Shown here: one piece after another, positions 46,968 to 57,111 of the stretch
Layout of the letters: each line of letters opens with the position of its first letter
How positions within the stretch are numbered: the first letter of the stretch is position 1
IMG/VR virus record: IMGVR_UViG_2912893941_000001
Span: 1 to 64,000 of that record
DNA: 64,000 nt
Reading direction: 5' to 3' (one strand)
Origin: an uncultured virus (IMG/VR IMGVR_UViG_2912893941_000001)
Lineage: Duplodnaviria; Heunggongvirae; Uroviricota; Caudoviricetes
Position numbers and translations under genes: made by a program
Notes under the pieces: generated by a model
What the model was told of the DNA's origin: nothing
Databases searched by the model: none
Seen by the model: the letters and a program-made list of their open reading frames with translations, nothing else

Positions 46968-48071
46968 ATGTTAACTAGTTACGATTTTAAAGATCAGGTA
47001 CGGCAGCTTGATGCGGGAATTGAACTTATTATTCAGGATGAACCAACGTTGCTTGGTCTGATCGGCTTAAACGGAGAGGCACTTTATCAGACTAAATTCG
47101 AGTGGATGTCTGACCGACTGAACTCAAACCTCGCGACTGTTAAATCGGTAGCGGAAGACGGAAAAATTACTGTGGCGGAAGATGACGGGGAGAAGTTCCG
47201 TAAAGATGCCATCGTTGTTATTGGCGAAGAGTATCTGAAAGTCACAAACGTGTCCGGCGATGTGCTGACGGTTGTTCGCGGATTTGACGGAACAGTTCAA
47301 GAGGAAATCGAGGCGGGCTCTGAGCTGCGCATCGTTTCCCGTCCGCAAAATGAAGGCGCTGGTGTCGGTATCGATGAAGGTCATGACCGTTATGTAGATT
47401 ACAACTTCACGCAAATTATCGAAAGGTATGCTGCTGTATCAAAAACCCAACAAGCGGTCCGCACACACAATGTGACGAGTGAGCTTGACTACCAAGTAAA
47501 GCTACGTCTTAAAGAGATGGCGCGGGAATTTAACGACTGGTTGATCTATGGCCGCAGAATTGACGGTAAGCCTCGTACAACGGGTGGTCTTCTACACTTC
47601 GCTAGCTTGAAAAATGCTACTAGAGCTAACTTAAAAGGCGCAGAGGTTGGAGCTAAGGCAATTAACGATGTTATGGAACAAGTTTATTTAAGAGGCGGAT
47701 CTGCTAACACGATTCTCACCAATACTGCGGGAGCTCGTCAAATTTCAAAATTGGCGAAAGATACTATCCGCACAGAGAGAACGGACACAGTTACAGGCCA
47801 CAGAGTGAGCACCTTTGTTTCTGACATGGTAGGCGGAGGCGAGGCGACTGTAATCGTCGATCCAAACTTCCCTAAGAACAAAATCGCTTTGTTTGACCGT
47901 AACATTCTCTCTCTGCATCCATTGAGCGAGCGCTCTGTCTACGACGAGGATGCCACAGTTCCGGGAGCTGACTTTGTTGCGCGCCAGATCCGTGGCGAAT
48001 ACGGAATCAAGATCAAAAACGCGAACGAAAAAATCGCCATCCTCGAAAATATCTCGACAACTGTATCTTAA
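46968..48071 (+). CDS. Major capsid protein (DUF5309-like)
   Basis: FEWMSD, NFTQII, TGGLL and GEYGI motifs. Confidence 0.82.
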   Translation: MLTSYDFKDQVRQLDAGIELIIQDEPTLLGLIGLNGEALYQTKFEWMSDRLNSNLATVKSVAEDGKITVAEDDGEKFRKDAIVVIGEEYLKVTNVSGDVLTVVRGFDGTVQEEIEAGSELRIVSRPQNEGAGVGIDEGHDRYVDYNFTQIIERYAAVSKTQQAVRTHNVTSELDYQVKLRLKEMAREFNDWLIYGRRIDGKPRTTGGLLHFASLKNATRANLKGAEVGAKAINDVMEQVYLRGGSANTILTNTAGARQISKLAKDTIRTERTDTVTGHRVSTFVSDMVGGGEATVIVDPNFPKNKIALFDRNILSLHPLSERSVYDEDATVPGADFVARQIRGEYGIKIKNANEKIAILENISTTVS

Positions 48072-48121
48072 AGACAATCGACGGGCTTCGGCCCGTCTTT
48101 TAATTTGAAAGGAGGCCAACA

Positions 48122-48358
48122 ATGGCAATTACAGATGAACAGAAACGGAGATTAAATGAATCTATGCCAGTCGCCAACGATCTAAAGCTCGGTGACATCA
48201 TTCAGGAGTTACAAGAAAGCGGTGGGACTGCCGGACCAAAAGGCGATCCCGGTCCGAAAGGCGACCCAGGACCAAAAGGAGCGGACGGGTTCGGTACCAA
48301 GGCGCAGTATGACGACATCATCGCGCGGCTTAAAGCGTTAGAGGGAGCTGGCTCGTAA
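48122..48358 (+). CDS. Collagen-like head decoration/fibre protein
   Basis: GPKGDPGPKGDPGPKGADG repeat. Confidence 0.7.
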   Translation: MAITDEQKRRLNESMPVANDLKLGDIIQELQESGGTAGPKGDPGPKGDPGPKGADGFGTKAQYDDIIARLKALEGAGS

Positions 48359-48360
48359 TA

Positions 48361-48579
48361 ATGGCCGTCTATAAGGCTTCTCCGTTTTATTCCGTAGGCA
48401 CCGACCAGACGATTGTTTTCGACCACAAAGGCGTTTATGAAACCGATGTGCCTGCCGAAATCAAGCAGTTGAATGCATTATGTCCGCGATGGATTAGCTG
48501 TATTGCGTCAGACGATGAGACGGAAAAGGCGGAGGCTAAGGCGCCGAAAAAGCCTGCACGTAAGTCCTCCGGAAAATAA
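48361..48579 (+). CDS. Small head-associated protein
   Basis: Operon position; RBS. Confidence 0.6.
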   Translation: MAVYKASPFYSVGTDQTIVFDHKGVYETDVPAEIKQLNALCPRWISCIASDDETEKAEAKAPKKPARKSSGK

Positions 48580-48592
48580 GGGGGCTGTGCGT

Positions 48593-48979
48593 ATGGCTTT
48601 AAGCGTAGAAGCTGCAAACGAATATATTAACCGAATGACAATCGATAACGAGGATTGGAACGACTATGACGACGCAAAGCAGCAGCGTGTACTAAACGTA
48701 GCCGAGGACGTCTTGGCTCGAAAGTTTCGTAAGTACGTCATTCCTGACGACGCAGTTTACGAGTTTACGAATGTGCTTGCGACTGCTTATAACGATACGA
48801 ACCGCCTGAATAAGCATGGCATCGCGTCTTACTCAATCACCGGCGTCGGGTCGTTTACGTATAAGGAAACGCTTCGAGCTGACGATGAGTCTCTCATACC
48901 GAAAAAGACGATCGATCTGATCGAAGAAGCGAACGATGTGAAACTTAGCGGCCGGACCGTAAAAGCGACGGTGATGTAA
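48593..48979 (+). CDS. Head-tail adaptor
   Basis: SVEAANEY motif; position. Confidence 0.65.
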   Translation: MALSVEAANEYINRMTIDNEDWNDYDDAKQQRVLNVAEDVLARKFRKYVIPDDAVYEFTNVLATAYNDTNRLNKHGIASYSITGVGSFTYKETLRADDESLIPKKTIDLIEEANDVKLSGRTVKATVM

Positions 48980-49315
48980 TTGGCGATCATACCGATGCGT
49001 CAGACCGTGACCGTTACTCGTGCTTCAGATGATATAGACGTGTGGGGAAACCCTGTGAGCGTCAAGCCGTTCGAAATTAAGTGCCGAATCGACGAAGGAT
49101 CTACTATTGCGAATTCACGTTCTTCCGGCGTTGTAAAGAGCGAGGAAGTCGTAGCTACGGCGCGTATATTGGTCGATAAATTAGCCGACATCAGGTATAC
49201 GGATACACTCGCATTCACGAACGAGTTGGGCGAAACCATTGAGCGTAAGCCGAAGGAAATAAACGTAAAGCGGCAAGTCAGTGGTAAGCCGATTCTGACC
49301 GAGGTAATCGTATGA
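48980..49315 (+). CDS. Head closure/stopper protein
   Basis: DVWGNP motif; position. Confidence 0.6.
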   Translation: MAIIPMRQTVTVTRASDDIDVWGNPVSVKPFEIKCRIDEGSTIANSRSSGVVKSEEVVATARILVDKLADIRYTDTLAFTNELGETIERKPKEINVKRQVSGKPILTEVIV

Positions 49316-49719
49316 GTTTTACGTTGGATGCTGGAGATTTTCTGTCGATGTTGGATAACCGAGAGGTAGCCGTTGAGCAGGCAGCAAAGACAGCGATGCA
49401 TGATAACACGGATGACCTCGCTAGACTTGCGCAAAATATCGCTCCGATTGACAAAGCTACGCTCCGTCGAGGCATGAAGAAGAAGGTTACGTTAAAGCGG
49501 GATAGTCTGATCGGTGAAGTATCGTTCCGGGCCGTCGATAAAGGCTTTAACTATGCGCTATGGACGCACGAGGCGGATTACAACCTCGGACCAGTTTCGG
49601 CAGGTGCAGGCGGCATCAACGGTTATCCGGTCGGGAATAAGTACCTAGAACGTCCGCTGAAAGGTGAATCGCAGAAATACATTAATCACGTAGCAGACGC
49701 GGTGAGAAGGGAGTTGTGA
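49312..49719 (+). CDS. HK97 gp10-like neck protein
   Basis: APIDKATLRR, YALWTHE and KYLERPL motifs. Confidence 0.75.
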   Translation: MSFTLDAGDFLSMLDNREVAVEQAAKTAMHDNTDDLARLAQNIAPIDKATLRRGMKKKVTLKRDSLIGEVSFRAVDKGFNYALWTHEADYNLGPVSAGAGGINGYPVGNKYLERPLKGESQKYINHVADAVRREL

Positions 49720-49725
49720 TAATCG

Positions 49726-50115
49726 TTGAAGATAACCGAATTAATCTCGTTTATACAGTCGCGGGTTGACGGCGTTTATTACGCGAACGGATTCCCGCGG
49801 AATGCGGCAGACGAATGTACTTATGTGCGCTTTACAGGCGGATTTCCTCCGTCTCAATGGACCGGAAAGAGTCAGCCGTCGTTTCAAATAATCGTACGAG
49901 GAAAGGCTCAAGGCGACGCTGATTGCGAAGAGAAAGCGTACCGGCTTCAGGAAGCGTTAACGAATCTCCGTGAAGTGTTTATCGGTAATAGCTCAATCGT
50001 TGTTATCCGCGCGGCCAATTCGGTGCCATTATTTATCGGATATGACGACAATGATCGTCCCCAATACTCGTTAAATTTCGATTGTGTAGTGCGCCCTAAC
50101 CGGGCGCTTTTTTAA
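49726..50115 (+). CDS. Tail terminator-like protein
   Basis: PSFQIIVRG and GYDDNDRPQYSLNF motifs. Confidence 0.7.
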   Translation: MKITELISFIQSRVDGVYYANGFPRNAADECTYVRFTGGFPPSQWTGKSQPSFQIIVRGKAQGDADCEEKAYRLQEALTNLREVFIGNSSIVVIRAANSVPLFIGYDDNDRPQYSLNFDCVVRPNRALF

Positions 50116-50139
50116 TGCAAAAATAAAGGAGGAAAACGG

Positions 50140-50694
50140 ATGGCTGGAATTAAAACGATTCAAGTTCCTATCGGCCCCGCAATCGTCGAGTACGGCGAGG
50201 GTAAGGATATGGTGACGTTTGACATCACGAAGGGCGGCATCGTTTTTAAGGCGCAGATGTCTAAGCAGGATACAACGGTCGACCAATACGGTGACTCGAT
50301 TGTAGGCTCACGGACAAAGGGCGGAACTTGCGAATGTACCGTACCGTTTGCGATCTATGATTTAGAAAAGATTCATAAGGCGGTTCCGAACAGTAAGTAC
50401 GTGTCTGACGGAGACAAAAAGAAGCTTGTAGTCAGCGGTAAAGCCGGATATGACTTGCTGAAGGACGCGAAGCCTTTACGAATTAAGCCGACAGATCCAG
50501 AAGCTACGGCCAACGACTGGCTCACGATTCCGTTAGCTGGTGCGTCGACTGACATCGAATATACCTATGATTCCGATAATGAGAGGATCGCTAACCTAAC
50601 GTTTACCGGTTATCCGGACACGATGGGAGAAGGCGATCTTTTTATTATGGGCGATGAAACGGCCGGTACCTCTTCTGGCTCTGGTAGCGAATAA
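50140..50694 (+). CDS. Major tail tube protein
   Basis: IGPA, TKGG and VDQYG motifs; precedes the chaperone and tape measure genes. Confidence 0.75.
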   Translation: MAGIKTIQVPIGPAIVEYGEGKDMVTFDITKGGIVFKAQMSKQDTTVDQYGDSIVGSRTKGGTCECTVPFAIYDLEKIHKAVPNSKYVSDGDKKKLVVSGKAGYDLLKDAKPLRIKPTDPEATANDWLTIPLAGASTDIEYTYDSDNERIANLTFTGYPDTMGEGDLFIMGDETAGTSSGSGSE

Positions 50695-50751
50695 CGAACG
50701 AAAGGCATCGTCGAGAGGCGGTGTCTTTTTAATTAACGAAAGGAGAGTCGC

Positions 50752-51123
50752 ATGAACATTTTCAAAAAGAAACAGGAGACTGATTCGATCCAGCTCGGTA
50801 AGTATCCGGTCGAGGTTGCGAAGCTCACTCCGGCCAAGTGGAAACAACTTTTCGCAGCACTCGATAAAATTCCGTTTCTAGTTCTGGAAGTCTTTAGCGC
50901 GCCTAAAACTGATTTCTACTCGTATTTAGTAAGCGCGATTGAAGTCGGTATGGATGAGCTCGTCGAAATTACGGCATTATTGAGCGGCGTAGATGCCGAG
51001 TACATCCGTGAAGAAGTCGGAACGGACGAAATTATCGAGTACATCACGCTCACTGTTAAAAATAACCGTCTCGATTCGCAAGCAAAAAACGTGAAGAGCC
51101 TTCTTCCGAAACTCGAAAAGTAG
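50752..51123 (+). CDS. Tail assembly chaperone (G-like)
   Basis: Position; slippery site A AAA AAC at 51084-51090. Confidence 0.75.
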   Translation: MNIFKKKQETDSIQLGKYPVEVAKLTPAKWKQLFAALDKIPFLVLEVFSAPKTDFYSYLVSAIEVGMDELVEITALLSGVDAEYIREEVGTDEIIEYITLTVKNNRLDSQAKNVKSLLPKLEK

Positions 51124-51455
51124 ACGAAGAGGGCGATCCGTATACGATTGACGATTATCTGATCGAAGCGGCGATCAGTTTAGGTGTCACGCAGTATCAA
51201 ATAGAAAACGAGTTTTATATGGTGGACATACCGAAATTTGTGCGTGCCAAGACGAAGCAAGGCGCGGTAAGGCGAATAGAAGACATTCGCGTACTTCTCG
51301 CGACGAATAGCCGGGCAAGTGAGGACGACGAGTATAAACAGCTCATGAATACGTTGATTCGGGCGGCTGGGCTTCGTCCGGAAGTGAAATTCGACCGTGA
51401 GAAATTCGAACAACTACGGGCTTTACAGGGGAATTTTCGGAAAGGAGGTAAATAG
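51090..51455 (+). CDS. Frameshift extension of the tail chaperone (T-like)
   Basis: The -1 frame is open from the slippery site to 51455. Confidence 0.7.
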   Translation, partial: REEPSSETRKVDEEGDPYTIDDYLIEAAISLGVTQYQIENEFYMVDIPKFVRAKTKQGAVRRIEDIRVLLATNSRASEDDEYKQLMNTLIRAAGLRPEVKFDREKFEQLRALQGNFRKGGK

Positions 51456-54257
51456 ATGGCCGGAACAACAGTCGGAGAAATCCGGGCGCGTCTCGTATTA
51501 GACATGGCGGACTGGTCCCGTCGATCTCAGCAAGCTCGAAGCGATATGGATCAAATGGGCCGTTCATCTGCGAATCTCTCGAAGCAAATGGGCCTCATCC
51601 AAAAGGCTTCGCTTGCGGTCGGTGGCGCAGTCGTAGCCGGTATCGGCGTTTCCGTCAAGAAAGCGGCTGACTTCGAGGAGGCCATGTCGCGAGTTAAAGC
51701 GATCAGCGGCGCGACCGGTCAGGACTTCGAAGATCTGAAGAACATCGCGGCTAAGATGGGAGCCGAAACAAAATATACCGCAGTCGAGGCGGCCGAGGGT
51801 CTTCAATACCTCGCAATGGCGGGCTTCAGCGTAAAAGCGCAAGTCGGATCGTTGCCGGCCGTGCTTAACTTGGCTGCGGCTTCCGGCGAAGGACTTGGAC
51901 GTTCAGCGGATATCGTTTCGAACATCATGACCGGCTTCGGCATTAAAGCGGAAGACTCCGGGCACGCCGTTGACGTACTCGTAAAAGCGATGACTACGGC
52001 TAATACGGATCTGCCGCAATTAGGCGATGCAATGAAGTTCGTGGCTCCTGTCGCGCACTCTCTCGGATATTCTATCGAAGATACTGCGACGGCCGTTGCG
52101 AAAATGTCAGACGCCGGTATTCAGGGGTCGATGGCGGGTACGGCTCTTCGTGCGTCACTCTTGCACCTTACGAATCCGGTCGGCCAGTCGGCCAAGGCAA
52201 TGAAAAAGTACGGAATCGAAGTAAAGGACGCGCACGGAAATCTAAAGCCGATACCGGAACTCGTCGGCCATATTTCGAAGCAGTTCGAGGGAATGACGTC
52301 AGCGCAGAAAACGGCCGCAGCGGCACAGCTCGTCGGAGTTGAAGCGGCTTCCGGATTCGTTACGCTCTTGGGCGTGGGGGAAAAGGGACTGCGCAACTAC
52401 TCGAAGACGCTGAAGGAAGCCGGCGGGACAGCGGACAAAGTAGCGAAAACGCAGATGGATAACCTCAAAGGGTCATTCGAACAGTTTACGTCTGCGCTCG
52501 ACGGCCTCGGAATTGCGATCGGTAACGAGTTTTTACCTACTTTCCGAAAAATTGTCGATACCGGTACGAAGGTGGTCGAGTTCCTTAGCGAACTGAATCC
52601 GGGAATCATTACGACAGGCCTCGAAATGGCGGGTGCGGCCGCAGCGGTGGCGCTAGTTGCGTCTTCCATGATGAAACTCGGAATCGCAGTGCGCGGTTTG
52701 TTCGTTGCGATGGGTCCGGCCGGATGGGTGATCACCGGGCTCTCTTTATTAGCGGGAGCGCTTGTCGGGGTGAAAGCGGGATACGATCAGATGAACACCG
52801 TTAGTTTAGAGGCGGCCGAGTCGAAGCAGAAGGAAATAGATTCTATCAACAGCTTAACGAAAGAGTTCGATAAACTTCAAAATAAAACGAAGCTGACTGC
52901 CGATGAATTCGTTTACTATCTCGATTTGAATGATCGAATTAAAACGGAGACGGATGCCAATTCCATTAAACGGATGAAGGAAGAACAGGAAGAACTGCGA
53001 AAAAAATCAGGTCTTACAAATGAGGAATTTAATCGCTACTTAGATTTAAACGATAAGGTTATCGCAAAAGCTCCGGACACTGCGGCCGCAATCAGCGAGC
53101 AAGGCAATGCCGCAGCAAAGAACACGGACGCATTAAAGCGTCTTAACAAAGAAAAAGCCGAGGAACTCCGGCTGGAGCTGGAAACCCAAAGGGCTAAAGC
53201 TGAGGCCAATATGTCTAAATATATAGCCGAAGAAGCGCGATTAAAAGAAAAAGTTAATGCGTTGACGAGAGAGCGATCCGATTTAGAGCAGCAGGTATCT
53301 GATCAATTACAAGTTGTGGCAGCTAAAGAGAGCGAATTGGCGGCAGCTAAAGAGGCTAAAGACACAGCACGGGTGGCAATAGCTGAAAATGAGCTCAACT
53401 TAGAGCAGACAAAGTTACAGAGATTGCGCGAGCAGTTTTCTACAAATATGGAAAACCTGAGCTCTAAGAATCAAGAGCTCCAAAAGACCCGTGAGAACAT
53501 CAATCAGCTAGATGTCGTTAATCAGAAAATGATCGACCTTGAGCTCCGTCAAGTTGGATTAAACGCCAAAAAGGGCGAAGGCGTTAGAGTGATCGATAAG
53601 GAGATTGGACGCTTACAAGATGCGAAGGCGAACCTTAAAAATGTTACGAATGTTGCTGATCGTAAAACGGATGAGTACCGGAAGTCTGTTAAAGCAATTG
53701 ATGACGAGATAGCAAACCTTCGTACAGCAAGAGGGCGGGTCGCGGATATTACGTCGGAAGCCCAAAGGATGAACGCTACTCTAAGTAAGGACATCACGAA
53801 ACGAATCACGACAATTACTTCGGATGTTTCTATGAAGACGGAGCGTGCCGTAAGTCGTGGAAAAGGGAACGAAGGTACTTACCACACCGGCGGCATCATC
53901 GGCCTCGGACAGATCAATAAACTTCACATCGGCGGCCTCGCGTCTCAATTCGCTAACCCGATGAGCCACGAAGTCGATATCCGGGCCCTGCGTAACGAAA
54001 TGGTGCTTACTGAAGCGCAACAGGCGAATCTTATGCGAATGATTGACGCAGGCCACACGACGGGCCTCGGAGGAGATTCCGGCTTATCTTCGGATATGCT
54101 GCGTGCGCTCAGTTCGATTGAGCAGGTGATTAAGACGAAGGGCGGCGCTTCTATCGTGATGGATAGTGAAGTTGTTGGCCGTATTGTAGAGCCGCACATC
54201 AGTCGCATTCAGCAGGACGGATATGATTTAGAACGGATGAGAGACGGGAGGTGGTAG
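51456..54257 (+). CDS. Tape measure protein (TP901-type core)
   Basis: AADFEEAMSRVKAISGA, GIQGSMAGTALR and YHTGG motifs. Confidence 0.92.
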   Translation: MAGTTVGEIRARLVLDMADWSRRSQQARSDMDQMGRSSANLSKQMGLIQKASLAVGGAVVAGIGVSVKKAADFEEAMSRVKAISGATGQDFEDLKNIAAKMGAETKYTAVEAAEGLQYLAMAGFSVKAQVGSLPAVLNLAAASGEGLGRSADIVSNIMTGFGIKAEDSGHAVDVLVKAMTTANTDLPQLGDAMKFVAPVAHSLGYSIEDTATAVAKMSDAGIQGSMAGTALRASLLHLTNPVGQSAKAMKKYGIEVKDAHGNLKPIPELVGHISKQFEGMTSAQKTAAAAQLVGVEAASGFVTLLGVGEKGLRNYSKTLKEAGGTADKVAKTQMDNLKGSFEQFTSALDGLGIAIGNEFLPTFRKIVDTGTKVVEFLSELNPGIITTGLEMAGAAAAVALVASSMMKLGIAVRGLFVAMGPAGWVITGLSLLAGALVGVKAGYDQMNTVSLEAAESKQKEIDSINSLTKEFDKLQNKTKLTADEFVYYLDLNDRIKTETDANSIKRMKEEQEELRKKSGLTNEEFNRYLDLNDKVIAKAPDTAAAISEQGNAAAKNTDALKRLNKEKAEELRLELETQRAKAEANMSKYIAEEARLKEKVNALTRERSDLEQQVSDQLQVVAAKESELAAAKEAKDTARVAIAENELNLEQTKLQRLREQFSTNMENLSSKNQELQKTRENINQLDVVNQKMIDLELRQVGLNAKKGEGVRVIDKEIGRLQDAKANLKNVTNVADRKTDEYRKSVKAIDDEIANLRTARGRVADITSEAQRMNATLSKDITKRITTITSDVSMKTERAVSRGKGNEGTYHTGGIIGLGQINKLHIGGLASQFANPMSHEVDIRALRNEMVLTEAQQANLMRMIDAGHTTGLGGDSGLSSDMLRALSSIEQVIKTKGGASIVMDSEVVGRIVEPHISRIQQDGYDLERMRDGRW

Positions 54258-54260
54258 CGT

Positions 54261-55685
54261 TTGAGTAATACAGATTTTATAAAGAAAATCGCCCCGGATG
54301 CGCAGAAGATATTTGTAAATTATAAAATCCTTGCAAGCCTTGTAATCGCGCAGGGATGTCTCGAAAGTGCGTACGGAACCAGCGGTCTTGCCGTTAATGG
54401 AAAGAACCTTTTCGGAGTCAAGGGCGAATATAACGGAAAATACGTCATCATGAAAACGTGGGAAGTAATCAACGGAAGGAACGTTCAGGTTGACGCCAAG
54501 TTCCGAAAGTACCCGACGTGGTATGAGTCGATGCAAGACCTTGCGAAGCTTTACGTAAACGGCGTCAGTTGGGACCCAAACCATTATAAGGCGGTCGTAG
54601 GTGAGAAGAATTACAAAAAAGCGACTGCTGCGCTGGTAGACGCCGGTTATGCAACGGACCCGTCTTACGCGTCAAAGCTTAACAGAATTATTGAAACGTA
54701 CAACCTGACGAAGTATGACACCGCCCCGTCTCCGTCGAATCCGTCCACTCCTTCTACGCCGGACACAAACAACCCGGCTCCGGTTGTCGTTGAAGAGCCG
54801 GAGGTATCTATCGACGTTTTTTCAAGCGTTTATACAACACCTCCATCCGGTGTCCCTATTACGGATAGCAACTTCCGGATACTTTACAAGGACGGCCGCA
54901 TAATTGACATGGCTCGCGATTTATCGGTCCTTGTAAGGAGCTTCAAAATTGCATCGCCCACTCCCGATATCGATTACGAAACGATTCCGGGAAGGGACGG
55001 CTTAGTTCGAGTAGGGAAAAACTTCGGAGCCCGAACGCTGACTGCCGAATGTCTCTTGCTCGGAGCGGATGATGTTGATTTTCATTTATTACAAGCGGAA
55101 CTCTTTCACGCGCTTCATCGCGAGGAGGAGTTCTTTTTAGTTTCGGAAGCGACGCCGAAAAAGCGATGGCGAGTCGAGTTAAGCGCATCTTTCACGCCTG
55201 ACCGAATCGGCAGCTTCGGCGACTTTACGCTGACTTTCCAAAGTGCCTCGACTTATTGCGAATCAGTTGGCACAACGTTGGATGCATTTACTTTTGATGC
55301 GAACAAATGGCAGATAGGCGAAGGGCTGACGGATGATATCCCATCGTATAAACACAAGACGAAGACTTTCCGTATTTTCAATGCGGGAGCCGTCCGGCTA
55401 GATCCGAGATACATGCCTTTAAAAATTACGTATAAAGGCGCGTCTAGCAAATTGTCGATCAAAAATAGAACAACAGGCGATCTGTGGACGTTTTCCGGCA
55501 CATCTGCCGCGAAGGAAGCGATTCAAATTTCCGGGGTTACTGCGAAAAAGGGGAACGTTAGCATCTTCGGGCAGACAAATTTCGGACTCATTACGTTAGA
55601 GCCCGGGTGGAATGACTTTGAGTTAAGCGGAACGAGCGGGGATTTTGAGGTCGCGTTTGATTTCAGATTCCACTATTACGCGTAG
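54261..55685 (+). CDS. GH73 glucosaminidase fused to a distal tail (Dit) domain
   Basis: AQGCLES, NLFGVKG and GYATDPSY (GH73); P/S/T linker; IPGRDG and LEPGWN (Dit). Confidence 0.8.
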   Translation: MSNTDFIKKIAPDAQKIFVNYKILASLVIAQGCLESAYGTSGLAVNGKNLFGVKGEYNGKYVIMKTWEVINGRNVQVDAKFRKYPTWYESMQDLAKLYVNGVSWDPNHYKAVVGEKNYKKATAALVDAGYATDPSYASKLNRIIETYNLTKYDTAPSPSNPSTPSTPDTNNPAPVVVEEPEVSIDVFSSVYTTPPSGVPITDSNFRILYKDGRIIDMARDLSVLVRSFKIASPTPDIDYETIPGRDGLVRVGKNFGARTLTAECLLLGADDVDFHLLQAELFHALHREEEFFLVSEATPKKRWRVELSASFTPDRIGSFGDFTLTFQSASTYCESVGTTLDAFTFDANKWQIGEGLTDDIPSYKHKTKTFRIFNAGAVRLDPRYMPLKITYKGASSKLSIKNRTTGDLWTFSGTSAAKEAIQISGVTAKKGNVSIFGQTNFGLITLEPGWNDFELSGTSGDFEVAFDFRFHYYA

Positions 55686-55696
55686 GGAGGTGCACC

Positions 55697-57097
55697 ATGT
55701 CTAGTCTAATTGTAAAGAATCTCGCTAATCAGGTCGAAGCTCTAACGGACTTCAGCGTGACGAAGAAAGATGAAATCGATAACGGTAGATCTTTAGACGT
55801 ATCAGTTATACAGACGGATCGGAACGCGCACTCCTTTCCACTGATTCAAAATGAAGGCTCTCTTTTTTATGAAGACGAGGAATTTGTCATCAGAAAGATG
55901 CGGTATGTTCCTATTAGTGGCAAGAGACTGAAGGTCGACATTACGGCCTTGCAACGTTCGTTTTCTGATCTCGGTGAGAATTACGTATATGAAACATCCG
56001 GGAAAAAGAAAAAACTTTACATCGAAGACATGCTGGACATCGCATTGAAAGGTTCTGGGTATTCTTACGAGATTTTACCGGAAGGGCTAGGTGATTCGTT
56101 TGATGTAGAGGATTTTGGAAACGGCTACTCTCTCGGATTATTAAACGATATAAAGGAGAAATACTCGGCTGAATTTGAGTGCATTGGAAAGAAAGTCTAT
56201 TTCGCGAAGGAGATAGCACGAGATACAGACTACATCATCCGTGACCGTGTAAATGTAAAAGACCCCTCTCAGGAAATAGACACCTCTTCCATAAAAACGT
56301 ACATTAAAGGATTCGGAAAGAAGGATGAAAAGACAGGAAAACATGCGGTGGAAGCCGAGTACACAAGTCCATTAGCCTCAGTCTATGGGATCAAGCATGC
56401 AAATCCCATTTTTGATGACTCGTACACAGCAAAGGATGAGGGAAAGCTCGAAAAACGGTTAGAAAAAGAACTGACCGATAAAATTGAAATATCTATCAGC
56501 CTTACGTATATAGAGGTTAAACAATTAAACATGCAGGATATTCGCAAAGGCGATTATGTATGGTGCGTATTAGAGCCCTTTGATTTGAAGACGAAGCTGC
56601 GTGTAGTCAGTGTGGAGTCTTATTCAGATCCTAAAAAGTCTCCGGTTTTTACTTTCGGAAAGGTTCGGGCGAATATCAAAAAAACAACTGCTAAATTAGG
56701 GCGGGGACAAAGCTCCGTCTCTAAGCTTATCGATACGTCGACCGGAAAGGTGAAAGGCAGCGCCATAAGCGGAAACATAACTATCGGAAAAGACGCGATT
56801 TACGAAGACGGCTACGATCCGACAAAGCTGACGATTCCTACGTACGGCCGGGCAAACGCAACAACGGACGGGCTTATGAGCTCGTCGGACTACGTGAAGC
56901 TGGCGAGTATCGTATTAGGGCCTGACGGTCAAGTTTCTGTCTCGCTGGCTACCGAAACAACGGACGGATTAATGAGCGCATCTGACTTCGCAAAGCTGAA
57001 GCGCATCAAGGTCGGTACGGCTACGGTGGATATATCGACACTTTCGCAACAGCTCGAATCTATAAACAAGCGCCTGACCGCGCTGGAGAATAAATAA
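55697..57097 (+). CDS. Baseplate hub/Tal-like tail protein
   Basis: TYIKGFGK and YTSPLASVYGIKHA motifs; TTDGLMS repeats. Confidence 0.75.
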   Translation: MSSLIVKNLANQVEALTDFSVTKKDEIDNGRSLDVSVIQTDRNAHSFPLIQNEGSLFYEDEEFVIRKMRYVPISGKRLKVDITALQRSFSDLGENYVYETSGKKKKLYIEDMLDIALKGSGYSYEILPEGLGDSFDVEDFGNGYSLGLLNDIKEKYSAEFECIGKKVYFAKEIARDTDYIIRDRVNVKDPSQEIDTSSIKTYIKGFGKKDEKTGKHAVEAEYTSPLASVYGIKHANPIFDDSYTAKDEGKLEKRLEKELTDKIEISISLTYIEVKQLNMQDIRKGDYVWCVLEPFDLKTKLRVVSVESYSDPKKSPVFTFGKVRANIKKTTAKLGRGQSSVSKLIDTSTGKVKGSAISGNITIGKDAIYEDGYDPTKLTIPTYGRANATTDGLMSSSDYVKLASIVLGPDGQVSVSLATETTDGLMSASDFAKLKRIKVGTATVDISTLSQQLESINKRLTALENK

Positions 57098-57111
57098 CGA
57101 GGAGGAATACA

